From an uncultured Thermoprotei archaeon (GTDB lineage Archaea; Thermoproteota; Thermoprotei; Thermofilales; B15-G2): DNA of 17,390 nucleotides. The DNA lies in contig CBDUKN010000029.1 in assembly GCA_965367815.1 (NCBI GenBank), forward strand, positions 1-17,390, given 5' to 3'. The position numbers and the translations under genes are program-made. Shown here piece by piece: positions 1 to 8,077 of the stretch (the stretch's first letter is position 1; each line of letters starts with the position of its first letter). The notes below the pieces were generated by a model, which saw only the letters and a program-made list of their open reading frames with translations, was not told the DNA's origin and searched no databases.

Positions 1-434
1 TAAATCCCTTAAACGAAATCCTAGGACTTACCGGTAAATTAAAACATAGGGCGAGAAGCTCACACATATTCTCACTAAAATAGAATACACTTAGGCTTCA
101 ATATTTACTTACCGAATTGAATATTCGACTAAACCATACTGCTAGTTAGTCTAGGCGGAAAATTTTCGCTTTAAATAGTTGCTAAAGTGATAAATTCTAT
201 GTAGGAAATTCGTATTGTCTAGGAGCAATTATAGTTGATTGAATTGGGTAAAAGTATACGAAGAGGCGAGTTAGTATTGCTAGGGATTTGGGTGTGCTAG
301 ATACATGCTTGTTCTAGTGGCGAATCTTATTTCGTGGCGGTCTCTTTGTAAATATTTATTTATTTTCAATTAATTCATATACATATTTCCTCAATAAAGG
401 GTTTTTGGTGTTGGCATGGAATGTCTTTGAGTTG

Positions 435-469
435 TGTAACAGTCGTCAATTTTTTTAACGGTTGTTATA
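435..469 (+). promoter_or_regulatory. Imperfect inverted repeat overlapping the TATA box of the abiEi gene (candidate autoregulatory operator)
   Basis: Arms TGTAACAGTCGTCAA (435-449) and TTAACGGTTGTTATA (455-469) match at 11/15 positions as an inverted repeat. TTTTTAA (452-458) lies ~23 nt before the GTG start at 481. Confidence 0.5.
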
Positions 470-480
470 TAGATTAAGGT

Positions 481-1110
481 GTGAGGCTGGTGACTAGGTT
501 TTTGCTTTCAAGGTATGGTGGGAAAGCTGTGACTAAGGCGGATCTCGCTGAGCTCTGTGGTAGGTTTGGCGTGGATCTAGATTACTTCGTGAACTATGTT
601 ATTAGGTATGGTTATGTGGTTAGGATACTTAGGGGGCTTTACTATGTTAAAACTGTGGAAGAGTTTGAGCTTAAGAGGGCGCCGGATCTTCTCCGGATAC
701 TGTCGCTGGGGATGGGGAGGCTGGGTGTTGGCTGGTATTTTGGCTTGTATACAGCGCTGAGGTTGAACGGTGTTACTCACGAGTACTATGATGTCGTTTT
801 CGTGCTTAGTGACTCGGTCTATAGGCCTAAGCTGATCAGGGTCGCGGGGGAGAAGGTAAAGTTCGTTAAAGTCAAGCCTAGCTTAGTCGGGTTCGGGCTT
901 GTTAAGAGAAGTGGGCTCGTATACTCGGATCTTGAGAAAACTGTCCTCGACTTTATTTACCTCTCGAGGTATGGCTCGGTCTCTAGAGAGCGGGCGGTGG
1001 CGGTGCTCAGAGAGTACGCTGACGAATTAAATAGGGAGAAGCTGGCGGAGTGTGTCAAGCACTACCCTAAGACTGTGAGGAGGGTGTTGAGGGATGAGGG
1101 ATTACTCTGA
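481..1110 (+). CDS. Type IV TA antitoxin, AbiEi-like transcriptional regulator
   Basis: N-terminal wHTH with RILRGLYY; WYFGLYTALRLNG-T-HEY; SDLEKTVLDFIYL. Its stop overlaps the start of an AbiEii-like remnant. Confidence 0.85.
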   Translation: MRLVTRFLLSRYGGKAVTKADLAELCGRFGVDLDYFVNYVIRYGYVVRILRGLYYVKTVEEFELKRAPDLLRILSLGMGRLGVGWYFGLYTALRLNGVTHEYYDVVFVLSDSVYRPKLIRVAGEKVKFVKVKPSLVGFGLVKRSGLVYSDLEKTVLDFIYLSRYGSVSRERAVAVLREYADELNREKLAECVKHYPKTVRRVLRDEGLL

Positions 1111-1540
1111 GTTTGTTCAGTTCATAGTGGAGAAGACGGGGCTCAATAAGCCACAACTCATCGAGAAAGACGTGTTGCTACACTCGCTGCTCCACAGACT
1201 GACCGAGGACAATGAGTTCAGGGAAGGGTACCTGTTCAAGGGGGCTCGTGCCTAGTTAAGTGCTACTTCGGCTACTACAGGTTCAGCGTAGATCTAGACT
1301 TCACCTATTTGTGTTAGGAGAGGTGGGAGGGCTTATCCAAGTCTGAGAGGAGGAGAGAGCTAGTATTGGAGGCCGAGCGGCTGGCTCAATTAATTGGGAA
1401 CTCCTCGAGAGACCTAGGCCTCGAGTTCGTCGCGGACGTTAGGAATAAGAGGTTCGTTGAGTTCGGCAGTGGCTCAAGGCTCGTAACCTACAAGCTCTAC
1501 TGCCGGGGCGAGCTACTCAAGATCTAGGTGAACTTGGTTC
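1094..1540 (+). pseudogene. AbiEii/AbiGii-family nucleotidyltransferase toxin, frameshifted and truncated
   Basis: ATG 1094 reads MRDYSEFVQFIVEKTGLNKPQLIEKDVLLHSLL...YLFKG. One G is missing in the G-run 1240-1244; restoring it gives FKGGSCLVKCYFGYYRFSVDLDF (AbiEii motif). In-frame TAG at 1315-1317 and 1525-1527; protein-like sequence ends ~1540. Confidence 0.88.
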
Positions 1541-1629
1541 TCGAGGGTTTTGTTTTGATTTTGTTTGAGTGTGTTGTGTTTTTACGTTAATGTTATATGT
1601 GTGTTGTATGTGTATTTTATTGATTATTG

Positions 1630-3132
1630 ATGAGCGGGGTTGTTAGGCTTAGTGTTGAGAACTGGGGTCCTATTAAAGATGGGTCTGTGGAGATTAGGCC
1701 TTTAACTGTGTTTATAGGTCCTAATAATACGGGGAAGTCTTATTTAGCTATGCTGTTTTATACTTTAGTTCGGACGGTTAGTAGATTGGGTTATAGGGCC
1801 TTTAGATTTGTGTCAGCGGAGGAGAAATTGGAGAGTGTTATTTCTGATATAATTGATGCGTATCTTAAAGAAAAGAGAATTACTGAAGATCTAGTAGGAG
1901 AGCTCAGTAATTTGATTAGTAAAGCTTTATCTGAAGAAATGTCTAAGGAGTTTTCTTCTATTTTTAGGGAGGAATTAGAGAGAGTGTATTCAAGTGAAGT
2001 CGGTGCATTAGTAAAACTAGGTAATAAGGAGGCTCGCATAGAGTTAACAGTTAATAATCCTTATGTAGAATTCTCGGTATTGAGTAGAATAGCTGCCGGG
2101 AACAAGCTAAAAGTTGAGAAATTTGAGCTAAGTCTAAAGTCATTCTTAATTGAGAAATATATAAAGAGAAAAATTACCAATGTTCTGCGCTATTTAAGTA
2201 AGATAGAGCTTCATAAAGAAATTCGTGTAGCGATTAAAAGATATTTAGAGTCAGAACTGAGTTTATGGCTTTATGAAACATCTCTTAAGCGCATGCTCTT
2301 TAAGGGCGATATACATTATCTTCCGGCTTCTAGGGCGGGTATTCTTCATAGCTATAGGTGTGTTGCCAAGGCGTTAGTATCGTTAGCTTCTATAGCTCCG
2401 GTAAGGGGTGTTGAGATACCTGGAATACCTGGTCCTTTGGCAGATTTCCTTGGCGAGCTGATATTAATGGGCGAGCCTAGGCGAATTAGTAAAAGGACTC
2501 GTGTCATTAAAGCATTAGCTCAGCTACTCGAGGAAAATGTTCTTGAAGGTGAAGTAGCTCTTTTAAGAGGGGCTCCAGAGGCTCCACCAACATTTATTTT
2601 TAAATTTGATGGGAGTAGTCTGCCTATTACTAGGGTTTCCTCAATGATTGCTGAGGCAGCGCCACTTATCATCTTATTAAAGTACGGGAATGTGAGTTCA
2701 GGTGATACGTTGATTATTGAGGAGCCTGAGGCTCACCTGCATCCTGATAGGCAGGCTAGGTTGGCTGTTTTCTTGGCGAGGCTTGTTAATGAGGCTGGAT
2801 TGAGGTTTTTGTTGACTACACATAGTGATGTACTGTTAGCTAAGTTCAGTAACTTGGTTTCGCTTAGTGCTTTGTCTCGTGATGAGGTTGTGAGACTTGG
2901 CTATGATTTTAATGTAGCGTTGTCTCCGGAGAAAGTGTCTGTGTATAGTTTTGAGCCGGGCCCAGAGGGTGTGAGTGTGGTTCCGGTGAAGGTGACTTAT
3001 GAGGGTATTCCTGATGATGTTTTTCGGAGGGTTTTAGAGAGTCTTTACGAGGAGACTATGAGTCTTTATTATAGAGTGCAGGAGTCTAGGAGGGCTCGGG
3101 GACATGAAGGTTCTGAAAGTGGGACGGATTAG
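1630..3132 (+). CDS. ABC/AAA_15-AAA_21-type ATPase (OLD/PARIS/Septu-like defence ATPase class)
   Basis: VENWGPIK N-terminus, Walker A GPNNTGKS, YLPASRAG, degenerate signature SSMIAE, Walker B/D-loop IIEEPEAHLHP, H-loop TTHS. Start ATG 1630 (TTG 1627 in the ORF track). Confidence 0.88.
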   Translation: MSGVVRLSVENWGPIKDGSVEIRPLTVFIGPNNTGKSYLAMLFYTLVRTVSRLGYRAFRFVSAEEKLESVISDIIDAYLKEKRITEDLVGELSNLISKALSEEMSKEFSSIFREELERVYSSEVGALVKLGNKEARIELTVNNPYVEFSVLSRIAAGNKLKVEKFELSLKSFLIEKYIKRKITNVLRYLSKIELHKEIRVAIKRYLESELSLWLYETSLKRMLFKGDIHYLPASRAGILHSYRCVAKALVSLASIAPVRGVEIPGIPGPLADFLGELILMGEPRRISKRTRVIKALAQLLEENVLEGEVALLRGAPEAPPTFIFKFDGSSLPITRVSSMIAEAAPLIILLKYGNVSSGDTLIIEEPEAHLHPDRQARLAVFLARLVNEAGLRFLLTTHSDVLLAKFSNLVSLSALSRDEVVRLGYDFNVALSPEKVSVYSFEPGPEGVSVVPVKVTYEGIPDDVFRRVLESLYEETMSLYYRVQESRRARGHEGSESGTD

Positions 3133-3514
3133 AGTTAGAGTACCTGATGAAGTAGAGGTACTGGAGGTATGTGATCTTGATGAGCTTTATGGCCATAGCT
3201 CTATGAAGACGAGGGCGGATGCGCTGATTGTTTTAAGAGGCGGCGACAGGGTTATTGCGGCGATAGTAGAGGACACAGGGAGGCCTGAGCCTCGTGATTT
3301 TGAGAGACTGAACGATACTTTGAGGGATTTGATCGAGAAGAGGCTTGTGAGGCCCAGTATGGTGGTACTCAAGGTTTTGCATCATAAGGGATTTAAAACT
3401 GGGAGAGCGCTTTTGTTGTCTTTGGCGCGTGCTTTTAAGGTAGAGCTTCAGGAGTGCCGTAGTAAGGCTACGGATCTATGTTTAATACTTCGGAAGAGAA
3501 GACTTCTTTCCTGA
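3104..3514 (+). CDS. Small ATPase-coupled protein, possible PD-(D/E)xK-like nuclease fold
   Basis: Overlaps the ATPase 3' end by 29 nt. RADALIV...AAIVEDTG followed by a helix (DFERLNDT) resembles the D...E-x-(K/T) layout. Confidence 0.5.
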   Translation: MKVLKVGRIRVRVPDEVEVLEVCDLDELYGHSSMKTRADALIVLRGGDRVIAAIVEDTGRPEPRDFERLNDTLRDLIEKRLVRPSMVVLKVLHHKGFKTGRALLLSLARAFKVELQECRSKATDLCLILRKRRLLS

Positions 3515-3760
3515 ATTCTGCTTTAAGTATTTTCTCAAGTTAGTTAAGGAGGATGTTAAAGGTTGCTTACTGTATGCTTCTGAGTTCTTTAAGGCAGAAA
3601 GTTTATGTTTATATTTGGTGTTTGCTGCATTTTGGTTTTCTGTAGCTTTATGTCGCTTAGTTACTTATTATTGAGTATAAGGAAAATGGGGCTATATTTG
3701 TAGTTTTGTATAAAGTGATAAAGTTTTACTTCAAGTATGTTGCTGTATTGCTTACATATA

Positions 3761-4213
3761 CTAACTTGTGTATAATACTTTTAATTTTTCGTTTTCAGCG
3801 ATTTTAGCTAAATTTTCGTCTCCGGTTACGAATATTTTGCTTCGAGCTTTAATGGCTGATACTATTTGTAAAGCATCTGCAACGTAAATATGATGTTTTA
3901 GTACAAGTTTTATGGTTTCTTTAAGTATTCGGGGGCTTATCTCTACGACTATGAGTCTATGTAGTTTGGAGAGAGTTTTCATTTCTCTTAATAGGTTTCT
4001 CAGTAATTCTCTTGCATTGAGACCTAGTCTTTTTTCATATTTATCGAAAACAACAGTGGCTTCGGCTATATTCCAGTATGAAAAAGAAATTTTGCTGATG
4101 CCGCGGTAGCATTCGCTAAATATTTTATCTACTATGTTGCTGCCTGGTTCGCTGACATATCTTTTAACTAAAGCGCTTGTATCAAGGTAGTAGACTTTAT
4201 CATTTGATGTCAT
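3761..4213 (-). CDS. vapC: PIN-domain toxin (VapC family)
   Basis: YYLDTSALVKRYVSEPGS, ADALQIVSA, FVTGDENL; overlaps the upstream antitoxin. Confidence 0.92.
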   Translation of the reverse strand: MTSNDKVYYLDTSALVKRYVSEPGSNIVDKIFSECYRGISKISFSYWNIAEATVVFDKYEKRLGLNARELLRNLLREMKTLSKLHRLIVVEISPRILKETIKLVLKHHIYVADALQIVSAIKARSKIFVTGDENLAKIAENEKLKVLYTS

Positions 4214-4490
4214 GTAGAATCGCCTCGACTCGGCTTTTTCTTAATTCTCTTACGATTTTGGTGGCGTTTAAGCCAGCAGGTCTTGACATAGGTATTTCAG
4301 ATTCTGTAGAAGGTTCTAGTTTTTTTAGTCCAAGTTCCTCTGCTAAAGCATCAATCCATCTTGTAGACGCTAAGTACTCAAAATATTCCTCTACTATACT
4401 ACTTAGACTTCTGCCTATCTCGCGTGCATAAAGCTTAGTTTCATCAAGTAAATCTCTGCTTATACTTAAAGTAAGCTTTTTCTTACTCAT
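4200..4490 (-). CDS. Ribbon-helix-helix antitoxin (DUF6364-like)
   Basis: KKKLTLSISRDLLDETKLYAREIGRSLSSIVEEY RHH pattern; GAGGG SD upstream; directly precedes the PIN gene. Confidence 0.85.
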   Translation of the reverse strand: MSKKKLTLSISRDLLDETKLYAREIGRSLSSIVEEYFEYLASTRWIDALAEELGLKKLEPSTESEIPMSRPAGLNATKIVRELRKSRVEAILHDIK

Positions 4491-4502
4491 AATATTCCCT
4501 CT

Positions 4503-4518
4503 ATACGTATATACGTAT
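4503..4518. promoter_or_regulatory. Perfect 16-bp palindrome (ATACGTAT x2), candidate RHH antitoxin operator
   Basis: ATACGTATATACGTAT lies 12 nt upstream of the antitoxin start, between it and a minus-strand TATA-like AAAATTATTATA (~4527-4538). Confidence 0.65.
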
Positions 4519-4792
4519 CTACGGAATATAATAATTTTGGATTCTATAGAATAACAGTTTTGTGCAGTTTAAAATAAACATATTCTAGTGCTTATTGATA
4601 TGTTAATAAGTTTTCAAGATAAAGCACAGAAAGCGAGCATATAGAAGGTCGTAAAGTTACTTGAACTCCTTCTCATTTTATCAGCATTATCTTATTTTCT
4701 TTGCTCTCTACCTTGTGTTAATGGTTTTAAGCCAATGTTTTTCTCTGCCTTCTTTCAAGTAGGTCTGCTTAGGTTCGCTTAACTAGTTTTAG

Positions 4793-5146
4793 TTGAAGGA
4801 TGTTCATAAAATATTGTTTCATATTGGGAGAGTGAGGCTCTTGGGAAGGAAACTAATATATAGTGTATATGATAATGTATACTGGTTTTTGAAAATATGG
4901 GAGGAGATTGGTAAGCTTAAGGAAGTATTTGTGCCTATTAGTGAAATTGAAGTTGAATTGAGTAGAAAGGATTTTGAAAGTCTTAAAGAGAGTATTTTGA
5001 AGTATATTAAGGAGCACCCGGGATCGCTAACTAGTGAAATAATTGAAGCTTTTGAAGAATATGATCCGTTAGTAGTTCTTAAAGCTCTTTACGAACTGGA
5101 GAAAGAGGGGAAAATAGAGGGTAAAGATGTCGAGTCAGCCGATTAG
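4793..5146 (+). CDS. Small winged-helix protein; real start probably later (e.g. GTG 4931)
   Basis: ILKYIKEHPGSLTSEIIEAF...VVLKALYELEKEGKI is a wHTH pattern; the N-terminal ~40 aa run through AT-rich promoter-like DNA. Confidence 0.6.
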   Translation: MKDVHKILFHIGRVRLLGRKLIYSVYDNVYWFLKIWEEIGKLKEVFVPISEIEVELSRKDFESLKESILKYIKEHPGSLTSEIIEAFEEYDPLVVLKALYELEKEGKIEGKDVESAD

Positions 5147-5504
5147 ATTTGAGCGTGCAGTCGCTTTGTTAGGAAGTATTCTGTAAGTCCTAAGCCTGTG
5201 AGAGTTTGGAAAGGGCATAGAGGTATTAGAATTAAAATGTGGAATGGTTTTCTAATAATAGAAAAAGCGTGGCACCCTAAGTAAGGTTTCTTTTCCTAAT
5301 TCTATGTAAGTAGTTTAGTTTAAATTAATGTTGAGAGAAGAGAGTTATATTATGGTTATTTTATTTTGTCTCTTGTGTCTTATTTCAAGTATTCTTTACA
5401 GATTAGCGGGAAAGTGTTTTCGCTTTGTTTATTGGAATGTTTTGGTGAGGATACGCGAATTGTTTTTATTTTATGTTTTCTTAAGTTATTTGGGGGTGCT
5501 GGAG

Positions 5505-5855
5505 TTGGGTTATGTGAGGGCTGGGGTATGGAATATTGATTGTCCAGAGGATGTTAGGGAGGTTGAGTTGTTGGCAGATACGGGTGCTATTTATACTGTG
5601 TTGCCGGCGAGTTTTCTTAGGGAGTTGGGTGTTGAGCCGATTGGTAGGAGGAGGTTTAGGTTAGCTAATAATGAGGTTATTGAAAGGGAGGTAGGTATTG
5701 TTGGTATTGAGGTTCAGGGTATTAGGGCGCATACTATAGTGGTTTTTGGAGATGAAGACGTATATTTACTGGGTGTAGTTACGCTAGAGGAGCTTGGCCT
5801 CGAAGTAGATCCTATTAGTGGGGAGCTTAGGCCTCTGGAATTGTTGCTCATGTAA
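5505..5855 (+). CDS. Retropepsin-like (clan AA) aspartyl protease
   Basis: LADTGAIYTVLP catalytic DTG and LLGVVTLEELGL motif. Start reassigned to TTG 5505 (MGYVR), preceded by GGGGGTG SD at 5492-5498. Confidence 0.88.
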   Translation: MGYVRAGVWNIDCPEDVREVELLADTGAIYTVLPASFLRELGVEPIGRRRFRLANNEVIEREVGIVGIEVQGIRAHTIVVFGDEDVYLLGVVTLEELGLEVDPISGELRPLELLLM

Positions 5856-6004
5856 GCTGTAGTGGAGATCCTATAGTTTAGTAGGCGTAATTATACTTTA
5901 AGTAGAAAAGAACTCCGGCTATGTGGCTGATTTTCTTAGCTATATGGGGATTAAAACCTCTACCTAGTAAATAATATTAACATTAGGAATATTTTATGGT
6001 GGAG

Positions 6005-6838
6005 CTAGGGGCTTGCGTTGTTTTGTTTATAGGGTGTTTTGATTGTGAGTGTGAGTGCGTATAGGCTTGTGATAAGGAGTGGTAGGTGTAGAATTGTTCC
6101 TCTCCAGATGGCTTCTGGGAGGTATGTGCCTAGTGCGAGGTATATGAGGGGTGGTATTACGTTGTATAGGCCGAATAGGAGGCCTAGGAAGGCTGTTAGT
6201 CTCATTACGGGCTTGTTTATGTCTGGGTAGTAGAGGGCCATTAGGGTTAGTATGACTGGTGTAGTGAAGCAGTAGGAGACTCCGAAGTATCCGACTAAGA
6301 GGCACTGTGGGTCTAGTTTGAATGGTTCTGGTGGTGCCCAGTATGCCCATGCTGCTAGGGGGACTAGCCATAGGCGTTTGGGGGCGAAGTATTCTTTTCT
6401 GAACTTGTTTCTGTTGACTATGCATTCCCAGCCCCATGAGAAGGCGACTAGTAGTGTTAAGGCTATGTTGCCTGTGAGTACTATTAGGCCGTAGTGTTCT
6501 GAGAAGCCTATTCCTTGGCCTATGGCTATCATGAGGTAGATTATGAAGACGTAGACGTCGAAGGCTTTGGCTGCTTTTTCGCCCCAGACTGCGACTGCTG
6601 CTATTAAGGCTAGTGTGAGCAAGTGTATTAGGGCGGAGGGCCATGCTAGGTCTACTAGCTTATATATTATTGCCTTGTACGCTACTACCTCTTTGATTAC
6701 GTCCCACATTTCGTGCCAAGAGTAGCCTTTTGAGGCATAAGGTAGCAGAACCATGAAGCCGATAATATAGAGGAGCGCGTAAAACCATCTCTTGCCAGTA
6801 AAATAGTCCATGGCCTGCGAGATGTGCTCCGTATTCAC
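6005..6838 (-). CDS. Multi-pass membrane protein of unknown function
   Basis: 277 aa with ~7-8 hydrophobic segments; GGGGGAG SD upstream of the GTG start; SYCFTTPV segment. Confidence 0.75.
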   Translation of the reverse strand: MNTEHISQAMDYFTGKRWFYALLYIIGFMVLLPYASKGYSWHEMWDVIKEVVAYKAIIYKLVDLAWPSALIHLLTLALIAAVAVWGEKAAKAFDVYVFIIYLMIAIGQGIGFSEHYGLIVLTGNIALTLLVAFSWGWECIVNRNKFRKEYFAPKRLWLVPLAAWAYWAPPEPFKLDPQCLLVGYFGVSYCFTTPVILTLMALYYPDINKPVMRLTAFLGLLFGLYNVIPPLIYLALGTYLPEAIWRGTILHLPLLITSLYALTLTIKTPYKQNNASP

Positions 6839-7082
6839 GGCTATCTCCCCCTTAAAATAGAAGCATAGTAAATTAATAATATTTACTATTTTTCACTATT
6901 TATTTTTGTTAATCGAATTCTGTGAAAATATTTAGCTAAGTAAGTACTAGATTGTGATAGAGATTGTCTAAGCAGTTAAAAGGCTTCTGATGTAACTATA
7001 TTAGTGTTTATCATTCTGAAATAGTTAAATTATGAATTAACTCCTCTTTAATGTTTATTTACCTAGTTTTTTCTTTATTTGC

Positions 7083-7676
7083 ATGGTTTGGAGGCGTTGG
7101 CCTGAGTTTAAAGATGATGAGAGGGACTTAGTTGTTGCTATTGATCGTAGTAAGGGTAGGAGGATTGTTGTTTACTCTATTGTAGTGTCGTGTATAAGAT
7201 ACCAGTGTTTATTGGTGAAATATTCTAGGGTTTTTAAGCATTGTAAGGATTTGAGTAAAAGAGAGCGTAGAGTTTACTTGCCTAAGGCTTTAAGGCTTAT
7301 TGGGAGATTTGTGGATCAAGGAGTTTTACTTGGATTAGATGTTATGCAAAATATTAGGGTCTTATTGAGTAGAGTTGAGAGTATTAGAGATAGAATGTAT
7401 TTTGCTTTTATCGATGATGTGCTTCTTTCTAAGAATGTAGTAAAGAATATTTTTAAAGATATTTTTGTTTTACCTGAATATGCTGTAAGGAAAGCTAGTT
7501 TATTGAAAAGTTATGGGCTGAGTTCTTCGGCTTTAAAGACTTTAGTCAATATTGCTGACAATTTAGCGTACTATGTGAGGTGGCAGGTAGAAGAAACTGA
7601 TTCATCATTATTAAAAGTTAAAAGAAAATTGCCACTTAAGTGGACGCTATCCGCCCGAGATCATCCCTGCCCTTGA
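7083..7676 (+). CDS. RNase H-fold protein, DUF3800-like
   Basis: VVAIDRSKG (cf. IDESG), beta strand IVVYSIVV, FKHCKDL, FAFIDD and C-terminal NIADNLAYYVR (cf. QxADxxA): three acidic residues in DUF3800-type order. Confidence 0.6.
   Translation: MVWRRWPEFKDDERDLVVAIDRSKGRRIVVYSIVVSCIRYQCLLVKYSRVFKHCKDLSKRERRVYLPKALRLIGRFVDQGVLLGLDVMQNIRVLLSRVESIRDRMYFAFIDDVLLSKNVVKNIFKDIFVLPEYAVRKASLLKSYGLSSSALKTLVNIADNLAYYVRWQVEETDSSLLKVKRKLPLKWTLSARDHPCP
7620..7643 (-). terminator. Hairpin plus oligo-T terminator of the candidate ncRNA
   Basis: Palindrome CCACTTAAGTGG (7632-7643) followed on the minus strand by TTTTCTTTT (7628-7620). Confidence 0.5.
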
Positions 7677-7706
7677 GAGGCGGGCTTCCGGTCACAGGCT
7701 TCATTC
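7620..7706 (-). ncRNA. Candidate ~85-nt structured antisense RNA with two K-turn-like motifs
   Basis: 7631-7700 is 44/70 G+C in AT-rich surroundings. Nested stems GCCUG/CGGGC and GCCC/GGGC, a 3' hairpin CCAC-UUAA-GUGG, an upstream BRE/TATA and a downstream UUUUCUUUU. Confidence 0.6.
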
Positions 7707-7727
7707 ACAAATACTATGTGTTAAGAC

Positions 7728-7741
7728 CTTATAAGCTTTTT
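7728..7741 (-). promoter_or_regulatory. Archaeal BRE-TATA promoter for the candidate ncRNA
   Basis: Minus strand reads AAAAAGCTTATAAG, ~22-25 nt upstream of a purine start at ~7706-7704; no protein-coding gene follows on that strand. Confidence 0.6.
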
Positions 7742-8077
7742 GCGCAAGAAAGGCTACTTAAATTGAGTATTTTTCTGCAGTATTTATTTAATGGCTTTCT
7801 TTAGTGATGTTACCTTTAATGTAAAGTATGAATTTTACTCAAATCCTCGAGATATTCAATAGATGTATAACTGCAAACTTTCTAGAAAACTTTGTGACTA
7901 TTAACTACAAACTTTTAACACATAGTCAAGGCTCAGAATTAGCACTGGAGTATAGTCTTCTTTGCCTAGAACTTGCTATTTCAGTTTTCAGCAGTAGTAT
8001 CTTCAGCAAGGTGTTTTATTAAGAATGATAATAATATCTAAATCTTATGAGGAAATCTATTAGTGGTTTAGGCTGTA

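Noticed and set aside
96-128. CTTCAAT...ATTGAA resembling CRISPR repeat ends
   Set aside because: Single occurrence, no regularly spaced repeats, no cas genes; no CRISPR array was seen in the window.
1240-1244. G-run as a phase-variation switch for AbiEii
   Set aside because: The run is short and two further stops plus truncation prevent reactivation.
5328-5504. Hydrophobic N-terminal extension of the protease
   Set aside because: T-rich promoter-type DNA; a good SD and family-like start exist at 5505.
6027-6644. 205-aa alternate-frame ORF inside the membrane protein gene
   Set aside because: Low-complexity P/T/R/H/S content arising from A/C-rich codon usage of the real gene.
7828-8022. 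64-aa ORF after the ncRNA promoter
   Set aside because: No motif or clear SD; AT-rich; cannot be supported.
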